Shown here piece after piece: positions 48,088-61,787 of a stretch of 64,000 nt of DNA. The notes beneath the pieces are model-generated. The model had not been told where the DNA came from, did not search any database, and saw only the letters and a list, made by a program, of their open reading frames with translations. The first letter of the stretch is position 1; each line of letters begins with the position of its first letter. Source of the stretch: the human T2T-CHM13v2.0 reference genome, Homo sapiens. The stretch lies in the NCBI RefSeq assembly GCF_009914755.1, contig NC_060940.1. The stretch is one strand, 5' to 3'. The position numbers were made by a program, and so were the translations under genes.

Positions 48088-49748
48088 CTGAAAAACAAAA
48101 GGGATACATAATCACTCATATATAAATATGATAAAGTAATCCATACATTCACACAGTGTTAGCATCAAGCTGTAACCTTCTGCCTGTACTGGTGTAGGCT
48201 CTGATGTCTTCTACTTTGTGTCTTGGGACTGGAACATGACAGAAATACACTGATAAAAGGGAATACTGTCTCCATGAAATATACCCTTACAATTTCAAAC
48301 ATGTTATGATTTGTCATATGTCGAAAACTAAAAACCGTGTCAATATCAATGTGGATATGTCGATGATGAGGACAAACATGATTTAAAATCAGAGGAGCAA
48401 CTCATACACCTGAGAATCAATGTCAAAGCAGGTGCTACATGATCCCACATGTCTTTCACGCAAGAAATCAAAAGGATTTACACCATTATACTACAAACAT
48501 TCATCATGCTCTTTAACTTGCCCAATAACTGAGAAGGCACACAATTACGATGACACTTCAGTTGAACGTACACTTCACATCACTTCAGTGGAAGTGTCCT
48601 AAATTGATAATCTTGGATATCTGTTTGCTGATACCTAGTAGATAACATTCATTATCTCTCACACCCATCTGGTGTAATAATGTGCCTAAGTTTCTTTTAT
48701 CCACTAGTTTAGCCTCCTGAAAGTTTCTTCATCCACTCATGGCACCAAAGGATAATACATTAGCCTCAAGAAAAATATCATCAATTATCAATTTTGACAT
48801 ACTTCTACAAAGTAAAACTGCTACAAGCATTAGATATTAATAAGTTTTTCATTCAGAAATCACTCCAATGTTCATTGAAAATGATCACTTTAGGAGTTCA
48901 TTAGAATTCTACACAATTTTTGTTTCTAAAATAGTCTTGTTTGGGAATATCACACTATTCTCTATAGAAGTTTCATTAAATAGCTATTTTATCCAAGAGG
49001 TAGCTCCTTGAACAAGGAAGCCAATGTATTCATATTCAAGTTTGTCTCATTTCTATTACTAAAATCAACAAAACATGTATCTCTGATGCCTCCTAGTAAC
49101 AAAGAAGAGTAATGAGTCATTGTGCTTTATCCCAATTCTAGCATTGTTTCCTGCTTCCAGTAGCTCCTGGAGCTGCCAAAATCAAATATTTTTTAGGCAA
49201 ATATTCCAAATGCATCTGAAGTGAGTTCACTCAGGTTTCCTCAGCAGAAACCCCAAAATTATATAAATAACTTCTTTTCCCTCCTTCCTGCCTCACGATC
49301 CGTCTTCCTTGGGAAAATAATTGCTACATCAGGGGTCTCCTTAGTTCTCATTCTACAGTGTCTATGGGTTATTACGATCAGTTTTCTGTCTTTTTTTAGC
49401 AGTACGATGTGACGTCTGTAAAATCTATACTTCCTCTCTTTCTCCTTCCACTCTTAGTGAAACCATGCTGTAGAGTTAAAGCAAAATTATGCTTTTCCCT
49501 GAGCCCCTTATGTCTTGAACTGCTCTCCATATTTCTTCTTCCCAATTTCAACGTGGGGAAGTCTATAATCTTACTGCAAAGATCATGTTCCAGACCAGCA
49601 GCATTAACGTCACCCAAGAACTTATTACAGATGAAGAATCTCAGGCCTGCTGAATCAGAACATGCAGCTTCGAGGAGCCACACCCCCGCCCCGGCTGATT
49701 TATTCGGGGAAGAGAAGTTCTTTTCTATTTTGACTGAACATGACATTA

Positions 49749-49892
<144 letters not shown>

Positions 49893-49935
49893 CTATACAG
49901 TTAATAGTTCAACATATAAATGAGACTTTAATTAC

Positions 49936-49964
49936 CTTCTCAGCTGGTTGTTTCTGAGAAGACA
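49936..49964 (-). pseudogene. ANKRD36 29-nt repeat exon VSSQKQPAEK
   Basis: TTTCAG acceptor, AAG|GTAAT donor. Confidence 0.92.
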
Positions 49965-51188
49965 CTGAAAAGCAAAAGGGATAATCACTCATATGTACAT
50001 ATGATAAATTTATCCATACATTCATGCAGTGTTAGCATCAAGCTGGTATCTTCTTGCCTGTACTAGTGTAGGCTTTGATGTTTTCTACTTTTTGTCTGGA
50101 GACTGGAACACGACAGAAATACACTGAGAAAAAAGGAACACAGGCTTCACAAAATATACCCTTACAATTTCAAACATGATATGATTTGTGATACGTCTAA
50201 AACTAAAATAAAACCGTGTCAGTATCAATGTGGATATGCCGAGTGACGAGGACAAATCAGAGGAGTAACTCACACACCTGAGAATCAATGTCAAAGCAGG
50301 TGGTACATGATCCCGCATGTCTTTCTTGCAAGAAATCAGAAGGATTTACACCATTATACTACAAACATTTGTCATGCTCTTTAACTTACCCAATAACTGA
50401 AAAGGCACACAATTATGATGACACTTCAGTTGAACATACAGTTCACGTCTCTTCAGTGGAAGTGTCCTAAATTGATCACCTTGGATATCTCTTTGCTGAT
50501 ACCTAGCAGATAATATTCATTATCTCTCACACCCATGTGGTGTAATAATTTGCTTAAGTTTCTTGTATCCACTAGTTTGGCATTCTGAAAGTTTCTTCAT
50601 CCACTCATGGCACCAAAGGATAATATATTAGCCTCAAGAAAAATATCAATTATCAATTTTGGCATACTTCTACAAAGTAAAACTGCTACAAGCATTAGAT
50701 ATTAATGAGTTTTACATTCAGAAATCATTCCAATATTCATTGAAGATGATCACTTTAGGAGTTAATTAGAATTCAACATAATTTTTGTTTCTAAAATAGC
50801 CTTCTTCGGAGTATCATGTTATTCTCCAAAAAAGTTTCATTAAACAGCTATTTTATCCAAGAGGTAGCTCCTTGAACAAGGAAGCCAATCTATTCATATT
50901 CAAGTTTATCTCATTTTTTTAACTAAAATCAACAAAACATGTATCTCTGATGCCTAATAGTAACAAAAAGGAGTAATGAGTCAGTGTGCTTTATCCCAAT
51001 TCTAGCATTGTTTCCCACTTCCAGTAGTTCCTGGAGCTGCCAAAATCAAATATTTTTTATGCAAATATTCCAAATGCATCTAAAGTGAGTTCACTCAGGT
51101 TTCCTCAGCAGAAACCCCAAAATTATGTAAATGACTTCCTCTTTTCCCACCTTCCTGCCTCATAATCCGTCTTCCTTGGGAAAATAAT

Positions 51189-51325
51189 GCCGTAAACCCG
51201 GGAGGTGGAGTTTGCAGTGAGCCGAGATCCCGCCACTGCACTCAAGCCTGGGTGACAGAGCGAGACTCCGTCTCAAAAAACAAAAGAAAAGAAAAGAAAA
51301 GAAAAGAAAAGAAAAGAAAAGAAAA
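51189..51325 (+). mobile_element. 3' fragment of a young Alu with (GAAAA)n tail
   Basis: AACCCGGGAGGTGGAGTTTGCAGTGAGCCGAGATCCCGCCACTGCAC..GAGACTCCGTCTC; no convincing TSD. Confidence 0.88.
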
Positions 51326-51613
51326 TGTATCATTCACTTCTGCTTGCAGGAAGTGCTCTCAATCATTAGTTTAGATATCTACTTGGAGAAAAATTGTTTC
51401 TAAAAATACTCATGTTATCCACAGTCATGAAGACTTCTGATATTTTCAACTTCTGGATTCTCAACTTAAGTTCTCTTGCCATCTTTTCATTCACTTATGC
51501 AAAAAAAGTATGCATTACACATCAAATAACTAATGAGTACTCAGATTTTCATTTACAAAATGTAACCAAAAATCTCTGAATCATCATTGATTTTTTTTTC
51601 ATAATGATCAACT

Positions 51614-51915
51614 TTCTTTTTTTTTTTTTTTTTGACATGGAGTCTTGCTCTGTTGCCTAGGCTGGAGTGCAGTGCGCACAATCTCGGCTCACAGCAACCT
51701 CCGCCACCGGGGTTCAAGTGATTCTCCTGCCTCAGGCTCCCTAGTAGCTGGGACTACAGGCACACGCCACCATGCCTGGCTAATTTTTTGTATTTTTAGT
51801 AGAGATGGGGTTTCACCATGTTAGCCAGGATGGTCTCCATCTCCTGACCTTGTGATCCTCCCACCTCAGCCTCCCAAAGTGCTGGGATTACAGCCATGAG
51901 CCACCGCGCTTGGCT
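51614..51915 (-). mobile_element. AluSc/Y-like element
   Basis: Full dimer; TSD ATCAACTTT. Confidence 0.9.
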
Positions 51916-52762
51916 TAATCAACTTTTACATATCAAAATATTTGCCATGATTATGGACAGTTACACTTTTAGTACTCAAGAAATAAATTTCTCGTTTGTT
52001 TTTTTCTAGTCAGTTTGATATGCAATAGCATAGCAGCCTCTGAGGTACTTTTATACAATGGCTATTTCATCAAAAACAGCACTGTTTTTAAAGAAAACTG
52101 CCAATGTTTTGATATCCAAGTGCATCCCAGTTCACTAACAAACATGAATGAAGCACATATCATTGATGTGTAACCCCTATAGAGAGAAGAAATGAGTTCC
52201 TGTGGTTTCCTGTCGTTCTTCTATCCTCTGCTTCCAGTAAGCTCCAAAGCAGCAATAATTTAGTCTTCTCTTTGAGTGGGAATATACTGAGTCTACATAA
52301 AGTGAATTCCCTCGAGTTTCCTCATCAGAAACCTCCGAATTACCTAGCCAGCTGCTTTCTTAATTTACACCATCCCACCTCACATTTTTTTTTGCAAATA
52401 TACATTAATGTCCATTTCTCAACAATGAATATTATATTTTGATCTGCAAGTTTAAGTGTTCACCAAAGTTTTAAGAAAAAGAATGTTTAAATTACATTAT
52501 ATTTACTATTAAAATTTAATAAATTATATTTACAATTTAATTAAAATTAGGCTTATAATTTAATGTAATTTAACAATTAATTTTAAATTTATTTTAAATT
52601 ATATTTAAATTAGTTATATTTATTTTCAAAAATTATATTATTAAAGCATAGAAAATTATTCAGCTATATTCACTGCCTCACCACCTTTGTTTTTTTGTAC
52701 ACAAAAAATAACATTATCATTATTTGATTGCTCTCATGAAGCACTTTTTATAATACCAATAC

Positions 52763-52802
52763 CATTTGCTTTTTGTCCAGTTGCTGGTAGTGCTTTTCAT
52801 TC
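52763..52802 (-). pseudogene. ANKRD36-like exon E*KALPATGQKAN with nonsense codon
   Basis: AATAG acceptor, ATG|GTATT donor, 40 nt; TGA at 52797-52799. Confidence 0.85.
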
Positions 52803-54808
52803 CTATTTAAAAAAAAAAAAGAAATCTTCAGAAAATGTTATATTTACTACTCAGTCAGTAATTCAAGAAACATTTTCTGTGTCTATAAATTCATAAGGTC
52901 TATACTGGAAAATCTGATAATATGAATAAAATACTAATTTTATTTATTTATCAAGTGAAAAAAGAAATTTATAAAAACAAACAAAAGCAGAAAGACACAA
53001 TTCATTATTTCTACAATTCAAGTCAATAAAAACAGTGATAGCACAAAGGTAATAACACTTATTTCTACTTGGGAAGCTTCTGAGACACTGCAAATTCAGG
53101 GTTCTATTTTTAAAATAGACAAGTGAAGAGTAAGAGTGTGAAGTGTTTCTAGTGAGGGCAGCATGTGCAAAAAAATAAAGCATGAAACAGCATAGCCAAT
53201 AAGAAATACCACAATAACGTGGTAAAACTTGGACACAGACCGAGAAAGTGGAGTGGAGAGATAAAATGGGAGAAACAGGCCAAACCGCAAAATAAGTGTT
53301 ATGCTAGAATGTAAATGTTTCTTTCGTGTAATGAGGGTCCAGCCATAAGCAGATGAGTTAGATAAAAGTAAACATGTTTAAGAAAGGTCACCCTGAAAGA
53401 CATATATAGATAGATAAACATGGGGAGAAGAGAGAAACAAAAACAAACATTCCGAAAGTATAGGGCAGACAGTGTATTACAGTAATAAGATATGAGAAAT
53501 GGTTAAAGGTAGAAAATACAAAATTTGGTGAGTCACTGGATTGGCAATGTGAGGGAAACCTGGAGTGCAGTTTTTTCTGCTTCAATGTTTCATTGCTACT
53601 TTCTTGGTGTTATTTACTAAAATTGGGAAGCCAGATGACAGAGTAGATTACAAAGAGTCAGGAAAGAATCTGGAAGGCAGTTTGAGACCTATTAAACTGG
53701 AGGCACAAAGGGGACTTAGAAGACTGATCTGGGTAAATACATTTGGAGTAGAAATAGATGACCTTACTCAAAAAAAAACCATACGTTGTTGAGAAGGTCA
53801 ACATTTGTAACATATACTAAACTGGTAGGATTCAATAATTTAAACCTATGAAGAACACTGAAGTTTTGAAAATAAAAAGAAAACAAAACATGGGATTCAA
53901 AATTTCAATTATATATTTCTATACTGGATTAAAAGATATAAAATATATTTTCTTAATATATGCAGATATTTATTTCTGGAATATTATGGTCATCTGCATT
54001 TTTGAACTTAATGAAAACAGTTATCTAAACCAGTAATTCAAGGTATCCTAAGAAAGCTCATTTTTAAAAAATCATCTTAAAAGTTTAACTTGCACAAATG
54101 TTTATTCTATTATAGAATTATAAGGCATTTTAAGTGCTACTAAAATATAAGAGAGAAATGTAAAACCTATTTTAAAGTTCATATGGTTTTCTGATTCTCC
54201 TGTAAATTATATACTAATAGCTCTAATTGCCTACTTATGCCATAAAGATAATAGTTAAAAATCAGAGAAAGGATCAAGTAAAATAATCATATGACTATGC
54301 AAGCTGAAGATTTACATGTCTTCAAATACACTATGCCTGTCAATCAGGACCCAATACTGACATGAAGAGAGAAGAAATTTATTTTAAACATCAAGTCAAA
54401 AGGATTCCTGAGTTTTAGAGCTGAATCAATTTATATGCAAGGTATAACAACTATAAATACTAAAGTTAATAATGCTTCCAGAGAATAATACAAAATGTCC
54501 CAACTGTAGGAGATAGTTTTAAAAGTAAAAAGTAATATTCCAGAGATAATTCTGTGTACTCTGTTGGCAATATTTCTTTCCTTACAATTCTATCAAAATA
54601 GGTACTTTGTTTAGAAAACAATCATGAGTGTTGATTGCATTCATCACATGTATGTTCTTAAGTACAGACGTTATCAGCACAAGGTAAGTCAGACTAGCTC
54701 CAGAAATAAGTAATAATTTATTTCTTTAAGAGGGTTCCAGGTTAAAAATATATTTTTTCTCATTCAATGAATATAAATTAGAAACCTCATTTAAAATTAA
54801 CCAGAAAT

Positions 54809-55124
<316 letters not shown>

Positions 55125-56241
55125 TTATTAATTTATGTATTAATTAATTTTTATTATTTTTTATTATTTAATTACTTATTTATTTTCTCTCTTATTATCA
55201 AAAAAAGGCTAAAACAGCTGCCAAGATTATGTAAAAGTGAAATAAATTAGTTAAGCAACTTAGGAATATACCAAATATTACTTTAAAAAACTTTTAACAA
55301 GAGTCAAAAATTAATGATTCATTCAAAATCTGATATAGCCTAAAACACATTTTACTTTGCATTATCTATGAACACGGCATTCACTAGATAAAATATGAGA
55401 CACCACTTTACTGAAATTTTAAAAAGTGAGGATTAAATTTTCTTTCCATTTAGAATTTTTAAATTAATAAATAGATGCATATATTTTCAGTGTACGTGTG
55501 ATGATTTGATCCATCTATATAATCTAATGAGGGTAACAGAGAGACACATTACCTTAAATATGTATGTTTTATTTAAACTAGAAATATTCAAGTTATTCTC
55601 TCCTGGCCGTTTTTAAATGTAAAACAGAATGTTAAATATAGTCACCCATAAATTTTCTTCCAATCCTTTATTAAAATCACCCGTAAGTCACTCAGAAGAA
55701 TCTGAGCATTTTTTTAATTACTTGGCTTTCTTTTCCTAATCTATATTTAAAATAATTCTATAATATGATATGGAGACATTCTACTGTCATTTAAATTCAC
55801 CATTTTTGAGGTGTTTTATACTAATCTTTGTCATCTTGACACTCTTATTCAACTCTGTATTCTTACTTCTTTCCCCTCCTCACCTTTGTATTTGTGGAGC
55901 TGTTCTTTCAGGTTGCTTTCTACTTCTTTCCTTCCCTAATGGCAAACCTAACAATCATTTACTCCTACGACCTTTTAGGAATCCTAGTCCCATGCGTATA
56001 TTTCCCTTGCTGTTACACTTCTTTTCTATTATTACCTGGAGAACTTCCATTCCTTTATAGGATCCTTGTCATCGTTATAAAGACAGGGAGATGGCAAGTG
56101 AATAAAGCATGGGAAAAATATTTTCCAAATAAAACAATTTACCATTGTAAAACTAGAGATCATTAACAGATAAGAGTGAGTTGGTGAACAGGACTGGACT
56201 CTGATTATTCTATGTTGGCTTTTAACCATATCTTCATTTAC

Positions 56242-56309
56242 CTTATCAACATTTTGGTCTTCAAACAAGGTTTCATTTTCTGTTTTTTCAATGCCACATG
56301 CAGCATCTA
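56242..56309 (-). pseudogene. ANKRD36-like exon LDAACGIEKTENETLFEDQNVDK
   Basis: TGTAG acceptor, AAG|GTAAAT donor, 68 nt. Confidence 0.87.
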
Positions 56310-56372
56310 CTACAGTAAAAACAAAGTCAAGAGTAGATGAAATGCGTGTAATTAAGAATCAATAAATAAGAA

Positions 56373-56685
<313 letters not shown>

Positions 56686-56727
56686 GAATCAGTAGATAAT
56701 ACAATAGTCAGGTTTCAAATAGCTTAC

Positions 56728-56787
56728 ACTTTTCTGCAGATTGTTGAGAAATAGTCCTCTGTTCTTAAAGTATGGTTCTGAAATGCT
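56728..56787 (-). pseudogene. ANKRD36-like exon SISEPYFKNR/RTISQQSAEK, 1-nt frameshift
   Basis: TTCTAG acceptor, GTAAGC donor; 60 nt where 61 are needed to keep phase with the next exon. Confidence 0.82.
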
Positions 56788-57759
56788 CTAGAAGAAAGTC
56801 AATAGGTTTAAGAATAACATGCAGCAAGTTAAAATAATGATAATTGCCACCATTACTACACGATCTAACACAAAAAGGATAGACTTTGAAGTCACTCATA
56901 TGTAGATCCAAACCTCAAGTCTGCCATTTACTTATTTACATATTCACATGAGATGATGATTATGATTGGTGATACAGATATTCTCAAAATGTTACTCCTT
57001 TCAACCCCAGTTGATTATTATACAAATACTATGATATCTATCAGTTTCTTTTATTAACCACAACAAACTGGGACAAAAATTTACTCATATGTAATTTAGA
57101 GTAATATTGAACAAAACTAACAATAAAAAGTCAATTAATCACTTTAGTTTTCAAAATATTTATGCATGATATATATTTGTGTGAATTACTTTCTGTGGGA
57201 AAAAATGTGAGAATGTAGTTTTTAGTAGTACTATATTTAAATGGGCTATCATCGCAATCGGTATAAGTTGCTTCTATTCTGTGTGTCAAAAGCTAAAAGC
57301 AAATTATTGTATAACTTCAGCTCCTTCCAAAAAAGACAGAACAAAGCAACCATCCACCTTATGGAGCAATGATTCACGAATGAAGGCCACACATAGCTAC
57401 TAAATAGAAAGCTGTAACTAAGTATCCTGACAACAGAAACAGAGGTGAAACAAAAGAATAGACACTAAAGACATGTGGTCTGCAAGGAAAAAGTTAGACT
57501 GAGGTAAATCATTCTTAAACAAAGGGGAAGGAGGGAGAAACAAACAAAAAAAGAGACATGACCAGTCAATCAAATATGAGCTTAAAAGAAAAGCTTGTGT
57601 TCATAATATATGCCTAATAATGCTGGTTAGCATTTACTCAACAATTTGTTTTGTGTAAATACTTATGTAATAAAAAGTTTAGTTTGTTTACTATAAAATA
57701 ACACATCCCAAGAGTTAAACATGATCATTCACCTGAAAGCTGAAACATTCTTACTACAA

Positions 57760-57792
<33 letters not shown>

Positions 57793-59322
57793 GGAATAAA
57801 AAACACAATAGAATTCCAGCAACTTAACACCTGGAGAAAGAATTTTTATTCAGAATTCAAAAGAGTAATGTATGCCCTGAAAAATATGTATTTAATAGAA
57901 CATGGTTGGGGCTTTGAAAATTTAATCTAAAATCCTAATCTAAGCTTCCAGTTGGAAGATATTAGAAGACACGCTGTATCCACCTTTCCTATTTCCTTTC
58001 CATCTTTTCCAATTTTCATTTTATTCTATGACATATTTTCTCAGCATAACTCACCTCAACTTATAGATTCTCAACATTAGAAGAAAAGATAAATTCAGAA
58101 CATTCAAGACATTTAATAGATTTAATTATTAGATATCTTATGCATATTATGTTACCTGTAACATTCCATTAAAAAAAAGCCCATTTCCCTGTTTGTTGAT
58201 TCACATTAAAAACTATTAAAATGTTTCTTACATGCAAGACCTTATTCTGGGTACTCAAGATACATACAAATAGGTTTTCTAGCTTCAAGTGGCTCGTAGT
58301 AATGCAGGAGCTTTACAATTATTTTTTCAATAACTAAGCACAAAAGCCTCTGAAATTTGAAATTTAGAATGAGATACAAAGACCCTGAGTGGATTTTTTT
58401 TAATTACAATGCAAAAACCTTGTGAAATTAAAGTCTGACCACAGAAATATGAAGAGTCTCTGCTTATCAAACAGGTTGTTATTTTAAACAAAATGCATAT
58501 TCTTAGATTAGATAAAGATTTTACAGTATACTCTTAATAAAAAAGACTTGGAAAACACAGTGTAAACCCTCTCTAATACAGGTGTGAGAACAGAATTTAA
58601 ATTTCTAATATTCCACAACTTTTTTAAATTAGAGATAAGCTCTTGCTATATTGCCAAGCTTGGTCTTAAACTCCTGGGATCAAGAAATTCTCCTGGCTTG
58701 ATCTCTTGAATAGGTGGGACTACAGGCACATGGTACCATGTCTAGTTAAATTTCCACAATTTCTAATATTATTTTAGTCTAATTATATAGAACCAAGAAT
58801 AAAAATAAAGAAATAGCTCTCTGCAAAAATACTGTATGATGTTAAAATAGGTGTACAAGAAATAAAAAGAACCTATATGCTATGTGTAACAGGGTGATTC
58901 CATGATTCCCATAATAAGTCATCTGATGTAACAAACATTCATTTAAACAGAGGTATTATTAGTCATACTCATATGATATACAACTCAAAGTAAAAACACT
59001 TACTCAGATAAGCCTAGACCAAAATTTGTATCTCCTCTGTTGTGGGAAAGCGTTCCCAAACAACATTTTTCTGTCACTATGTATTTTCCAACAATTTTTT
59101 TTTCAGATCACACCTCTCAAAGTATTTATCAACTATTTCTTATTTACAAAGTAAAAAAATTAAAATTAACCCCTCCTATTTCTTTAAAATAGTTATCTCT
59201 AATAAAAGTTTTAATACTAACATAAAACAATGATAGGTAGACAATTGCTAAGTTTTAGAAGAAAATAATACAAAAAATGAGATTCAGAGTGAGAAAATTA
59301 ATTTCACAAGAGAGTACTCTAC

Positions 59323-59389
59323 CTCAGATTCCAAAGCAAACTTATCCTTTGTCACAGGCTGTGCAACATTATCCAGTAGGTAGCGACAC
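59323..59389 (-). pseudogene. ANKRD36-like exon CRYLLDNVAQPVTKDKFALESE
   Basis: TGTAG acceptor, GAG|GTAGAG donor, 67 nt; paralog of 61653-61719. Confidence 0.88.
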
Positions 59390-61616
59390 CTACAGAGCAA
59401 AAAGATATGACAAAAATGAGCACGCTCATTTTTTAAAACAAAAACCATCAGTCTATACATGCATGTCCCCTCCAAAAAAAAATGGTAAAACAAAGTCTGA
59501 GGAAGGTCAGTTATCCTTATATTAAATAATATTTCTTGGTATAATTAAGATATGGCTTCTGTATTAGAAAACATTTCAGTTACCTATTTCTGCCTCCACC
59601 TCTCCCAACCTATGAAATATCCAGTGCAGACTCACCCTTAAACCCGTAACAAATAGTGACAGGCATTATAACAGCATGGCCAGACAATAATTTGTCTTTA
59701 TAAATTATCTACCCTAAAGACTAAACTGAAAATCCAATTGATATCTGACACAACTTTTGTTACTGAACTGCAGTAAACCTGATAACCTAAAACAAGGTAG
59801 AAAAGGCACTGTCTCTTCTGCGTTATCTATTTCTGATTCAAAGACTAATCTGTGTCACGGGAAAAGGGGAGTCTTGGATCTTCAGCATGTAAGCTACTTA
59901 GATTGCCCATCGATTCTCTTTACTCTAGAACTCTACAGGGAGCCCCCTGAAACACTGCAAATGTTTGAAAGCTGAGTGTAAAAAAAGTCAAAGTACAAAT
60001 GTACTTTTGGAATATTCTTCACAGAAGATTAAAACATTAAAAATTATAAAATCCAATTAATGTCATTATATAGATCCTGCCTTATTCAGGTCCACAAAAA
60101 CCAGCAAGCTTAAGAACCTTCATAGACACTCAGATACTCAAGAGACAGACTGCTGGAAAAGTCTCCCTCCTGAGTACTTACAGCTTAATTTCATTCATCA
60201 CTATCTAAATATCTTCCTTCCTATGGGCTCCCCCTTCTGGATCCCTCTTCTGCAGGGATCCATGGCAATCTCCAATCTACATCTTCAAATTTGTCTGTCC
60301 CCTGCAAATTCCATTCTTATCCACTTTCATTGGGTTCAACAGCTCATTATTCCATTCTCATCCTTTTCCACTGTGTTCACTAGAGCCACTCCCTCTTTCT
60401 AAAACTAAAATCACTCAATGACAGAATGATGTAAAAGAAGACTGGGTTTTGAACTAGAATTATTAGATATGTCATGCATATTATGTTACCTGTAACATTC
60501 CATTATAAAAAAAACCCATTTCCTTGTTTGTTGATTTACATGAAAAACTACTAAAATGCTTCTTACATGCAAGACCTTATTCTGTGTATTCCAGGATACA
60601 TACAAATAGGTTTTCTAGTTTCAAGTGGCTCGTAGTAATGCAGGAGCTTTACAATTATTTTTTCAATAACTAAGCACAAAAGCCTCTGAAATTTGAAATT
60701 TAGAATGAGATACAAAGACCCTGAGTGGATTCCTTTTAATTACAATGCAAAAACCTTGTGAAATTAAAGTCTGACCATAGGAATATGAAGAGTATCTGTT
60801 TATCAAACAGGTTATTTTAAACAAAATGCATATTTTTCAATTAAATAAAGAGTTTAAAGTATACTCTAAATAAAAAAGGCTTGGAAAACACTGTGTAAAC
60901 CTTCTCTAATACAGATTTGAGAACAGAATTTAAATTTCTAAACTTCCACGACTTTTTGAAATTAGAGATAAGCTCTTGTTATATTGCCAAGCTTGGTCTT
61001 AAACTCCTGGGCTCAAGAAATTCTCCTGGCTTCATCTCTTGAATAGGTGGGACTACATGGACATGATACCATGTCTAGTTAAATTTCCACAATTTCTAAT
61101 ATTATTTTAGTCTAATTATAGAGCCATGAATAAAAATAAGGAAATAGCTCTCTGCAAAAATAGTGTATGATATCAAAATATGTGTACAAGAAATAAAAAG
61201 AAACCACATGCTATGTGTAACAGAGTGATTCCATGATTTCTATGATAAGTCATCTGATGTATTAAAGATTCATTTAAACAGAGGTATTATTAGTCACACT
61301 CATATGATATACAACTCAAAGTAAAAACACTCAAATAAGCCTAGACCAAAATTTGTATCTCCTCTATTGTGGGAAAGCGTTCCCGAACACCATTTTTCTG
61401 TCACTGTGTATTTTCCAGCAAATTTTTTTTCAGATCACACCTCTCAAAGAATTTATCAACTATTTATTATTTGCCAAAGTAAAAAAAAATTAAAATTAAC
61501 CCCTCCCATTTCTTTAAAATGGTTATCTCTAATAAAAGTTTTAATACTAACATAAAACAATGATAGGTAGACAACTGCTAAGTTTTAGAAGAAAATAATA
61601 CAAAAAATGAGATTCA

Positions 61617-61787
<171 letters not shown>

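Noticed and set aside
52490-52645. AT-only tract as a possible palindromic AT-rich repeat
   Set aside because: Low complexity, with no clean long inverted symmetry visible.
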